NCBI GenBank assembly: GCA_031367385.1
Contig: JANLPS010000454.1
Location: 1 to 13,244 of the forward strand
DNA length: 13,244 nucleotides
Direction: 5' to 3'
Source of the DNA: Archangium sp.
Lineage (GTDB): Bacteria; Myxococcota; Myxococcia; Myxococcales; Myxococcaceae
Below are positions 5,234-12,950 of the stretch, in pieces. Position 1 is the stretch's first letter. Each line of letters starts with the position of its first letter. The position numbers and the translations under genes were made by a program. Under the pieces are notes generated by a model. The model was not told where the DNA came from. It ran no database searches and saw nothing but the letters and a program-made list of their open reading frames with translations.

Positions 5234-7936
5234 CTATTGAATCGCCGGAGTCGTGGTCACCGCCGCCACCGCCGGTACGATCGCCACCGCCGGAGTCGCC
5301 GTGTTCGCCAGCGTCGCCGTGATGGTCACGTTGGTGCCCGCGCAGCTGTTGGCGATGGTGAACTCGACCGTGCCGTTGCCAGCCGTGGTCTCTGAAGCCG
5401 ACGTCTGCGGAGGGCAGCCAGCGATCTCAGCGCCATTGCTGCTGAACGACAAGATGACCTGACCATCGGCATCGGCGCCGGTGCCCAGCTTGAAGCTCTT
5501 CACGGTGACGACCACCTTCGAGCCCTTGGCCGCCGCGACGCCTGAGTTGAAGTTGCTGAAAGCGACCGAGGGCTTGCCGTAGTCGATGAACGAGAACGCG
5601 GTGAGCAGGTCGGTAATGCGGTCGCCGTTGGTGTTGTTGAACTCGACCAGGTTGTTGAAGGTCACGTCGGGCGAAACGGCCGCCGCGGGGTCGGCTTTCA
5701 TGCGCAAGAACTGCATCTGCATGCCCGAGCGCGCGCCGGTCGACAACCCGTTGGCGAAGGTGCGGTCGATGAGCGTGCCGGGAGGCTTGGGCAAGGTGAA
5801 CCCCTGCGCCACCTTCGCCGGGTTCATGAACACCACCCAGCGGTGCTCGGCGGTGTCGTAGAAGTTGACGCGAATGACCTGAATCTTGCTCAAGTCAGGC
5901 GTGCTCTTGAAGGTGAAGCTGCGGCCCGCCAGCGCGCCCTGCGCGGCCGAGACGAAGTTGTACTTGCCCCCCTCGGGGAAGACGGGGAACGAGAGGCTCG
6001 TGTAGTTGACCGGCGTCGAGCCCTTGGGGTCGAACGCGAGCTTGTTGCCCGGCACCCGGGGGAAGATCGCCGAAGCGCCCAAACCGACTGACGAATCGGT
6101 GATGCTCGCGGCCGAGAGCGCGGCGATCAGCAGGCCGTATTCGGTGCCCTCGAGACCGTGGTGCGTCGGCGCCATGCGCACCTGCACCAGGCCCGGAGAG
6201 AGCTCGTTCTGGCCGTCAGACTGGCCGTCTTTCGGGTCGGTGTTGACCGCGATGCCGATGCCCAGGGGCACCACGCCGCGGCCCGCGACATTCACGCCAC
6301 CGAGCACCAACACACCGTCGGTGTACTGGCCGTTGTACTTCGGCAGCTCGGGCAGCTTGGCGACGTACGAGAAGCTCAAGGGCACCGAGTTGCCGGTGGC
6401 TCCGGCGCTGGGCGCGAACTCGAGGTTGGCCGCGGCGAAGCTCGAGGTGTCGCTGAAGTCGTACTTGCCGGCTCCGGCGTCGTAGGGCGTCTGCTTCAGG
6501 TCGAACTGCACGTCGCGAATGACCGACGAGTTGAAGTGCTTGAAAATGGGGATGATGCGCGAGAGCACCGTGCCGATGTTCGCGGCGTTCAAGCCGCCGA
6601 GCACCGCGTCGATGGGCAGCTCGCTGAGCGGCACGTCGCCGGTGAGGCCCCACGCAGTGCGGGTGCCGCAGGTGCCAGCGGCGATCTTCGCCTCGTCAGG
6701 CGAGCCGTCGGCGCCCGTGCAGACACCGGCCAGGCCCTGCGCCCAGACGGTCTCTTTGATCTTGTTCTCGCTGAAGCCCAGGTAGACGCCAGCCGGCAAC
6801 GGCACCGGTTTGCCGCTGTTGTCGAAGGTGCCGATCTTCACTTTGGTCGGCACCGACTCACCGAGCAGCTGCGCGAGCGAGAGGTCGGTCAAGGCGCCTC
6901 CCAATGAGCTGCTGGCGATGCCCGCGTGCACGTTGGCGCTCGAGCCTGACGGCGCGTTGGTCATGGTGCCCTTGTAGCCGCCGAACTTGTCGGTCTGGTT
7001 GTGGCGCAGGTACACCGACAAGAAGTCGTGATCATCGCCGCCAGCGCTCTCGTAGTTCGCGATGGTCACGTAGGTGAAGTCGGGGTGAAACACCGAGACC
7101 GAATATGCGCCCGCAGGAGCGCCCGTCAGCGCCGCGAAGCCCTGCGCGTTGGTCTTGACCGACGCCTCAGCCCCTTGGGGGATGATGATGCCAGCAGGCG
7201 TGGAGAGCACCACGTCGGCGCCAGCGACCGGCCGCCCCGAGAGCTCGTCAATCGCCACCACGCCAACCGCAGGCGCCAGCACGATCGCCTTGGCCTTGCA
7301 GGTCGCAGAGCCGATGGTCACGGTCACCGCATCGGCCGGCCCACTGGGAGTCGCCGTCGCCGCGGTGAACTTCGCCGAGACGCCGGTGCCGCTGCCCGTC
7401 AACGGGCCGCCAGCCGCCGCCGCCCAGGTGCCACCGGTCTGCAACACGATCGCGTTGCTCGCCGCGTTCCACGCGATGACCGAGAAGGTCGCCGCCGCGC
7501 CGGTCTTCAGCACCACCAGGTCGGGCACCACTTGGCACTTCGCGGCCTCGGTGCTCGCAGGCGCCGCCACGCAGTTGCCGTTGCGGCACACCAAGGTACC
7601 GCCGCAATCGCTGTCGGCCGAGCAGAGCGCGCTGTTGCAACGGCCCTCGTCGCACTGGCAGCCGAGCGCACCCGCGCACTCAGGCAACGCGTACTGGCCA
7701 CGGGTCGCCGCGCTGCAGTCGGCCTTGGTACGGCAGGCCGGCACGCACTGCGACTTCGAGGTATCGCAGTCGAAGAACTGGGTGTTGGGGCAATCTTGGG
7801 CATCGATGCAGCTGTTGTCGGTGCCGCCACCGTCGACACCGGCGTCAACCTTCGACGGGGTCGGGCAGCCGCTCAAGGTGAGAACGGTCATCGAAGCGAG
7901 CGCCGCCCAAACTGCGTTGCGAAGAAGTGCCTGCAT
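5234..7936 (-). CDS. Large Cys-rich lipoprotein with carboxypeptidase-regulatory-like and Ig-like beta domains (900 aa)
   Basis: Start reassigned to ATG 7936, with AGAGGT at 7946-7941. Lipobox LTLSG-C at residue 24, then DAGVDGG and 14 Cys in 7810-7571. Segment AIDELSGRPVAGADVVL...VKTNAQGFA...GAYSVSVFHPDF is typical of carboxypeptidase-regulatory-like domains. Confidence 0.88.
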   Translation of the reverse strand: MQALLRNAVWAALASMTVLTLSGCPTPSKVDAGVDGGGTDNSCIDAQDCPNTQFFDCDTSKSQCVPACRTKADCSAATRGQYALPECAGALGCQCDEGRCNSALCSADSDCGGTLVCRNGNCVAAPASTEAAKCQVVPDLVVLKTGAAATFSVIAWNAASNAIVLQTGGTWAAAAGGPLTGSGTGVSAKFTAATATPSGPADAVTVTIGSATCKAKAIVLAPAVGVVAIDELSGRPVAGADVVLSTPAGIIIPQGAEASVKTNAQGFAALTGAPAGAYSVSVFHPDFTYVTIANYESAGGDDHDFLSVYLRHNQTDKFGGYKGTMTNAPSGSSANVHAGIASSSLGGALTDLSLAQLLGESVPTKVKIGTFDNSGKPVPLPAGVYLGFSENKIKETVWAQGLAGVCTGADGSPDEAKIAAGTCGTRTAWGLTGDVPLSELPIDAVLGGLNAANIGTVLSRIIPIFKHFNSSVIRDVQFDLKQTPYDAGAGKYDFSDTSSFAAANLEFAPSAGATGNSVPLSFSYVAKLPELPKYNGQYTDGVLVLGGVNVAGRGVVPLGIGIAVNTDPKDGQSDGQNELSPGLVQVRMAPTHHGLEGTEYGLLIAALSAASITDSSVGLGASAIFPRVPGNKLAFDPKGSTPVNYTSLSFPVFPEGGKYNFVSAAQGALAGRSFTFKSTPDLSKIQVIRVNFYDTAEHRWVVFMNPAKVAQGFTLPKPPGTLIDRTFANGLSTGARSGMQMQFLRMKADPAAAVSPDVTFNNLVEFNNTNGDRITDLLTAFSFIDYGKPSVAFSNFNSGVAAAKGSKVVVTVKSFKLGTGADADGQVILSFSSNGAEIAGCPPQTSASETTAGNGTVEFTIANSCAGTNVTITATLANTATPAVAIVPAVAAVTTTPAIQ

Positions 7937-8024
7937 AAAAACCTCTGTGAAATGAAAAGAGCTGAAAAGTGCGCGCACTCTCCCCACAGCGCACACGAGA
8001 GTCAACGGGAACCTCGCGGCGGCC

Positions 8025-8041
8025 CGCAATGCGTATGCCAG
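8025..8041 (-). promoter_or_regulatory. sigma54 (RpoN) -24/-12 promoter
   Basis: Minus strand reads CTGGCATACGCATTGCG, i.e. TGGCAT-N5-TTGC with the exact GG-N10-GC spacing. It is intergenic, about 90 nt upstream of the lipoprotein ATG and on the correct strand. Confidence 0.72.
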
Positions 8042-8102
8042 GGGGGAAACCAAACTGTTTCAGCCGCTTGAGGTGCCGAAAACGCGACAGGGGTGTCAGA
8101 GC

Positions 8103-9350
8103 TCAGGGGTCGGCAAACGTCACGTGCCACCCGGGTTCTTGCAGCACGATCGAATCACCCTGGGCTCCGAGCAGCGGGCCCTCGCCGTAGTACCGGCCGA
8201 TGAATGAATCGTCTTGAACGCTGCCGATGAGTGACGGGCTGCCCATCGGCCGGTCGAGAATCAAGGCTTCGCGTGAGGTGGAGGTCGAGTGATAGCGCGG
8301 TCGCCACCCCTGGGGCATCGTGAAGGTCCGCACGCGGTGCTCGCTCAGTGGCAAAGCGTGCATGGTCACGCTGCCGTTGGCCGCCTGCTCCCAGAGCGCG
8401 TCGGTGCTGTGCGAGACCCACATGCTCGTGAGCGTCATGCAGTCGGCCGCTCCGATGACGCACAGCCTCGCGCTCTTGAATGACTCACCGAACGTGACGA
8501 CGATGTCGGGGCCATCGAGAAAGAGCCCCGTCACCTGAGAGACCGATGACGAGGACGAGACGTTCTGCTGCGTCAGACCACCATCGGCGAACACCAGGCG
8601 GTTCACGCTTGCGCTCCCGGTGTCGTACTCGGCCACCTCGGTTTCGTCGGAGTACGACGGGCCGAACGTCGAGAACCGATCGATCTGCGCCACGACCTCG
8701 AGCCGCTCGCCGGTGTCGATGCGCCGGGTCAGCACTTCTTGTGTCGAAGACCAGACGGTGTTGCCCAGAACACTCAACACGGCGCCTCGAAAGCTCGAGC
8801 GCTCGTCGAAAACGCCATGGGGCGCGACCTCGACGATGCCTTGGCGAGAGCACAAGACGGTGCCCGCGGTCGTTCGCCAGGGCTGACCCACGCATTCGTT
8901 GGGCGAGAAGGGCAATTCGATGCTGGTGCGCGGTGTCTTCGAGCGATTCTGGGCGACCTCCACGGGGAGCTGCACTCGCCCGAGTGATGGCTCGAAGGTG
9001 GCGATGACCTGCCAGGTGCCGGCCATCGAGGGCGTGAAGGTCACCTTGGCCGAGCTGCTCCCGTTCGAGGGGTCATAGGCTGCAAAGTCGACCCGAACGT
9101 CTTCGAACGGCGTGTTGCTGGGAGCGATGACCGAGGCCACGACCCTCACCTCAGCCGGTTCGAGCCCGCAGCGCGCGACGGGTTGAACCACCTCCACGGT
9201 CACCGGCTGACCCTCGATGCCCTCGGCGAAGGCGAAGCTCGTCGCGAAGCTCAGGTCGCAGGGTGGGGGCTTCCGCGGGGGCGTGGCGCTCCCGCAGCCG
9301 AGGCCCGACACCAGCAGTGTGGTCAACAGGTGCCAGCAGGCTGAGCGCAT
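8103..9350 (-). CDS. Putative lipoprotein, hypothetical (415 aa)
   Basis: Start reassigned to ATG 9350, with AAGGGG at 9366-9361. MRSACWHLLTTLLVSGLG-C looks like a lipoprotein signal. An Ig/filamin-like segment (AKVTFTPSMAGTWQVIATF) precedes a beta-rich remainder. Confidence 0.75.
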   Translation of the reverse strand: MRSACWHLLTTLLVSGLGCGSATPPRKPPPCDLSFATSFAFAEGIEGQPVTVEVVQPVARCGLEPAEVRVVASVIAPSNTPFEDVRVDFAAYDPSNGSSSAKVTFTPSMAGTWQVIATFEPSLGRVQLPVEVAQNRSKTPRTSIELPFSPNECVGQPWRTTAGTVLCSRQGIVEVAPHGVFDERSSFRGAVLSVLGNTVWSSTQEVLTRRIDTGERLEVVAQIDRFSTFGPSYSDETEVAEYDTGSASVNRLVFADGGLTQQNVSSSSSVSQVTGLFLDGPDIVVTFGESFKSARLCVIGAADCMTLTSMWVSHSTDALWEQAANGSVTMHALPLSEHRVRTFTMPQGWRPRYHSTSTSREALILDRPMGSPSLIGSVQDDSFIGRYYGEGPLLGAQGDSIVLQEPGWHVTFADP

Positions 9351-9455
9351 CGTGGGTTCACCCCTTGTCACACCGGTGGGTGACGCGGCAACCGGGCCGG
9401 TCAGCAGCACGGTTCGACCTCGACAGGCGCGAAGGCCCGCGTTAGCTGGCCGCCG

Positions 9456-10883
9456 ATGCGACGGTGGGCGCTCATGCTTCAGGCGACGATCTGGGTGATG
9501 GCCCTCGCCCACCCCGCGTTCGCTGGCAGCCCCTCATACCTGACCTTCGGCGTGCAGCCGGTCACGACGCCGGTGGGCGCTCCCATCACCCCAGCGGTCA
9601 CGGTGCTGGTGCGTGACGCCCAAGGCAACGTCGTCACCGATGCCACGACCGAAGTGTCGGTTCGCTCATCGCAGTCAGGGCAGCACCCTTACATCAGGCT
9701 GAGCGGCACGTTGACGGTACGCGCCGTCAACGGGGTGGCCACCTTCAACGACCTCGTGCCTGAGATGCCGGGCAAGGGGTTTCACCTCGAAGCAAACGCC
9801 TTTGGGTCTTTCATCAACAGCGACGTCAGCGGTGCCTTCGAAGCGACCTCGAACGCCGCCGTGGAGCTGTTCTTCACGGCCCAGCCGCCCCGTCGGGTCA
9901 CGGCGGGTCAGCGGCTCGGCACGGTGACCGTCGAAGCACGTGATTGGCAGCACCGGGTGGCCGTGGGCTTCTCAGACCCGGTGGTGATGAACGTCACTTC
10001 GTTTGGCGACCCCGCGGTGGCGTTCACGGGCACCACGATGGTCAACGCGATTGCGGGCGTCGCTCAGTTCGACGATCTTGTGGTGACCCAGGCCGGCAGC
10101 CCGTTCGGCTTGAGCGCCAAGTCAGGCGCCCTCTTCGCCAGCAGCGGCGCATCGCTCGAGGTCGTGGCCGGGCATGCGACGCACTTCGTGGTGACCCTCC
10201 CTCCCGAGGCCGACTCGCCGGCTTCGGTGCAGTGCACCGTCATCGCGCACGACAACTTCGGCAACATCGACAGGAGTTACGATGGCTTCTTCGTCAAGGT
10301 GACCAGCAGCGACCCTTTGATCGACCTGCCAACAGACCCGCTGGTCGCGAAGTCGGGTGCGGTCGACCCATTCGAAGTGACCTTTCACACCCGCGGCGTT
10401 CAGACGCTGACGATCAGCGATGCGACCAACGCGGCGCTCAAAGGTGAAGCGTCGACGAGCGTGCAGGCGTTCGCGCCTCCCGTGATCAGCATCGTGAGCC
10501 CGAAGGAGGGTCAGATCGTTTCAGGGCCGGTCGAGGTCAAGGTGATCGCGACCCCAGCGGAGGGCACTTCGCTCTCGCGCATTCGCGCCCGCGCCGGCGC
10601 ATACATCGCTTCTGGGGCCATCGAAGCGAGCTCGCTGACCATGACGTGGGACACGACCAGCGAAACGCCTGGGCCGCAGACGATCATCGCCACGGCCAGC
10701 GACGCCAGCGGCAACGAGTCGGTCGCCAGCATCACGGTCGAGGTGAGACGCGGGTGCGGCTGCGATTCGACGGATGGCTCTTTTGCAGCGGTCTGGCTCA
10801 CCATCGGCCTGTTCGTCGCGGCCAGGCGAAGACCCCTGAACAGTTCAGCGCACCCGTCGGTGAGCGCCCGTCTGCGTCGGTGA
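9456..10883 (+). CDS. Secreted Ig-like repeat surface protein with MYXO-CTERM-type sorting tail
   Basis: Signal peptide ends AHPAFA. Two internal repeats (L.F..QP...GT..V.A..GVA.F.DL), a third Ig-like unit, and a Big-type domain (PPVISIVSPKEG...TWDTT...ATASDASGN). Ends with GCGC, a hydrophobic helix and RRR. Confidence 0.85.
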   Translation: MRRWALMLQATIWVMALAHPAFAGSPSYLTFGVQPVTTPVGAPITPAVTVLVRDAQGNVVTDATTEVSVRSSQSGQHPYIRLSGTLTVRAVNGVATFNDLVPEMPGKGFHLEANAFGSFINSDVSGAFEATSNAAVELFFTAQPPRRVTAGQRLGTVTVEARDWQHRVAVGFSDPVVMNVTSFGDPAVAFTGTTMVNAIAGVAQFDDLVVTQAGSPFGLSAKSGALFASSGASLEVVAGHATHFVVTLPPEADSPASVQCTVIAHDNFGNIDRSYDGFFVKVTSSDPLIDLPTDPLVAKSGAVDPFEVTFHTRGVQTLTISDATNAALKGEASTSVQAFAPPVISIVSPKEGQIVSGPVEVKVIATPAEGTSLSRIRARAGAYIASGAIEASSLTMTWDTTSETPGPQTIIATASDASGNESVASITVEVRRGCGCDSTDGSFAAVWLTIGLFVAARRRPLNSSAHPSVSARLRR

Positions 10884-10947
10884 CGCCGATGCCGACAACC
10901 GGTAAGCGGCAGGGCAGATGGTTCGCCCCACTTCTCCGTCGCGCTCA

Positions 10948-12120
10948 ATGGAAAAGCCGCTCCTCGAACGCGTGGGGGTTCGCTACTTCGAGCGCCGCTC
11001 TCGCGCCGCAACCGCTGCGAAGCCCAGCGCCGAGCCCGTCGACGCGGTTCATTACTTGAACCCGACCGAGCGCGCCGGGCTGTTGCGCGTCGAGCGTGGA
11101 GCGATCACCCGCGCCGCCATCGCAGGTGCCCTCTCGGCCGGCGCTTCGGCCGCCGCGGAGATCGTCGCCAACCCCTCTCTGCCCGAGGGGGCCGACGTCT
11201 TCAGCCGGGCAGCGACCGCCTATTGGGTGATTCTCGGCGGCGCCACGCTCGCCGCCGCGGTTCTCGAGATTCTCTATTTGTACTGGGACACGTTGCGCTC
11301 GATGCACGAGCTGGCCCGGGTGGCGGGCCTCGACCTCTTTTCCGGCGCTGAAGAAGACTCGATGCTGGTCGACGGGCTCGCCCGCGCGGCCCTCGAGCTG
11401 CCGAACCCGGTCGAAGGCCCGCTGGGCATCGACGCGCGACGCGAAGCGAGCAAGTGGCGACTGGTCGCAGCCTCGGTCGCCTACAAAGCCAAGGTCGGCG
11501 TGACCAACTTTCTGGTGAAGATGCTGGTGCGGCGAATGCTCGGCCGGGTCTTCGTACGCAGCGTGGTCTCGACGTTCGTGCCGTTCGTCGCAGTGCCGAT
11601 CACCGCCGGGTGGAACGCGGTGGTCTCATGGCTCATCTTGCGCGAAGGCAGGCTGCGCGCGATGGGCCCGAGCGCGGCGCACGCGCTGGTCGAGCAGCTC
11701 TTTGCGCAGGCAGCTGGGCTGACCGATGCGGGGCGACTCGCGGCGGTGCGAGCGGTCGCGGCGGCCATCGTGCGCACCCAAGACCTGCACCCCAATTTGC
11801 TCGCGCTGCTCAAAGAGGTGACCGAGCGCGCGGGTGACACCGGAGGCGCTCAGCTCGATGACGTGACCGGGTTCTTGAGCTCGCTGGGCGGCCTCGCTCC
11901 GAATGAGCAAACGCTCGCGCTGCGGGTCTTGGCGGTGGCCTGCATCATCGACGGGCGCTTCACCCGGCGTGAGAAGCGCTTGTGGCGCGACGCGCTCGAG
12001 GCCAGCGGCCTGCCGGTTGATTTCGGAGCGGTCGAAGCACTGCGGGTGGCCTTTTCGCGCGGCGATGGTCAGGCCGAGCCGCTGCTCGAGACGCTGGTGT
12101 CAACCCCGATCGCTCTCTGA
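10948..12120 (+). CDS. Membrane protein, LBF_2804-like family, with TerB-like C-terminal helix motif
   Basis: Several hydrophobic helices. YKAKVGVTNFLVKMLVRRMLGR and FVAVPITAGWNAVVSWLILREGRLRAMG resemble the LBF_2804 family as I recall it. AVACIIDGRFTRREKR is TerB-like. The start could alternatively be ATG 10918. Confidence 0.7.
   Translation: MEKPLLERVGVRYFERRSRAATAAKPSAEPVDAVHYLNPTERAGLLRVERGAITRAAIAGALSAGASAAAEIVANPSLPEGADVFSRAATAYWVILGGATLAAAVLEILYLYWDTLRSMHELARVAGLDLFSGAEEDSMLVDGLARAALELPNPVEGPLGIDARREASKWRLVAASVAYKAKVGVTNFLVKMLVRRMLGRVFVRSVVSTFVPFVAVPITAGWNAVVSWLILREGRLRAMGPSAAHALVEQLFAQAAGLTDAGRLAAVRAVAAAIVRTQDLHPNLLALLKEVTERAGDTGGAQLDDVTGFLSSLGGLAPNEQTLALRVLAVACIIDGRFTRREKRLWRDALEASGLPVDFGAVEALRVAFSRGDGQAEPLLETLVSTPIAL
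11994..12086 (+). repeat. Direct repeat 2, left copy (intact, within the 3' end of the LBF_2804-like gene)
   Basis: 93 bp matching 12783-12876 with 3 substitutions and a 1-nt indel. Confidence 0.95.
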
Positions 12121-12131
12121 CCGGTGAGCCT

Positions 12132-12689
12132 TTAGCGAGTCTTCAGCATCGTTTTGTGAAACTCGATTGCTGGCAGCTCGAAGGCCTCGAGCGCCTGCTT
12201 CAGCTTCAACGACAGCAGCAGCATCAGCGTGTCACGCGACCAGAAGCACGGCTCGGTGCCCGTCACCTCTTTCAGGCTCAGACTGGTGGGGAAGGCGACG
12301 ACCCAATACCCCGGCCACTCGCGTTTGGTGGGCTTGTGCAAAACAGTGAATGGGGTCGCGCGATAGTCTTCGAACCCGCTGGCCTCGAAAGCCTTCAAGA
12401 CCCGCTCTGACATTTGATGCAGCGCGACTCCCCCGATGGTCTCGAGCTCGAGTGGCAACGAAGCGAGCTGAGTCGCGCGTATCTCGCTTCGGCTGTAGTC
12501 GGAGGTGGCTCCGTCGTTCTCAGCGCTAAAAGCGAACTTCAGCGGCCGTTTCTTGAGACGGCCCGGTTTTGATTCTTCCAGCGCGTCGCGAAGGCCCTTG
12601 CACGTCTGATACGCGTCGTCGGTCGGGGCAAGAAAGTCGCCCGTGCCGGTGAGGTTGTTGAACGTGAAGAAAGGAGTCTTGCTGGCCAT
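12132..12689 (-). CDS. Hypothetical protein (185 aa), possibly an Imm11/DUF1629-like immunity protein
   Basis: Start reassigned to ATG 12689 (MASKTPFF). Motifs MSERVLKAFEASG, PFTVLHK...GYWVV and LSLKLKQALEAFELPAIEF parallel the Imm11-type vSer...lE, P......Y and vS..lk.al......g..F pattern. Confidence 0.6.
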   Translation of the reverse strand: MASKTPFFTFNNLTGTGDFLAPTDDAYQTCKGLRDALEESKPGRLKKRPLKFAFSAENDGATSDYSRSEIRATQLASLPLELETIGGVALHQMSERVLKAFEASGFEDYRATPFTVLHKPTKREWPGYWVVAFPTSLSLKEVTGTEPCFWSRDTLMLLLSLKLKQALEAFELPAIEFHKTMLKTR

Positions 12690-12782
12690 GGCCGCAGTAT
12701 CTTCAAGCCCAACCACGAAGTAGATTGAAAATGACGTGCGGGCACGTTTCTGCGCGTCATTCTCGGTCGACCAACGCTCGTG

Positions 12783-12876
12783 GCTCGAGGCCAGCGGCCT
12801 GCCGGTTGATTTTCGGAGCGGTCGAAGCACTACGGGTGGCTTTTTCGCGCGGCGATGGTCAGGCCGAGACGCTGCT
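12783..12876 (+). repeat. Direct repeat 2, right copy: orphan, frameshifted duplicate of the LBF_2804-like 3' end
   Basis: gctcgaggccagcggcctgccggttgattttcggagcggtcgaagcactacgggtggctttttcgcgcggcgatggtcaggccgagacgctgct. Differences from the left copy: extra T, CTG>CTA, GCC>GCT, CCG>ACG. Confidence 0.95.
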
Positions 12877-12924
12877 GTCGCCGCGCCGCACGGCCGGTTG
12901 AGCGTCGCTTGCGCTTGAAGTTGG

Positions 12925-12950
12925 CGCGCGGGTGATGGTCAGGCCGAGCC
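12925..12950 (+). repeat. Direct repeat 2, short third copy
   Basis: cgcgcgggtgatggtcaggccgagcc vs 12056-12080 cgcgcggcgatggtcaggccgagcc. The last 17 nt are identical and abut the stop codon of the next gene at 12951. Confidence 0.85.

Noticed and set aside
4320..5240. 306-aa plus-strand ORF
   Set aside because: Antisense shadow of the E2 gene, with Arg-rich composition typical of non-coding frames.
7001..8071. 356-aa and 268-aa plus-strand ORFs
   Set aside because: Antisense shadows of the lipoprotein gene.
12690..12830. N-terminal extension of the 232-aa ORF in the track
   Set aside because: It runs through the antisense of the duplicated repeat and the hairpin region. ATG 12689 is the more plausible start.
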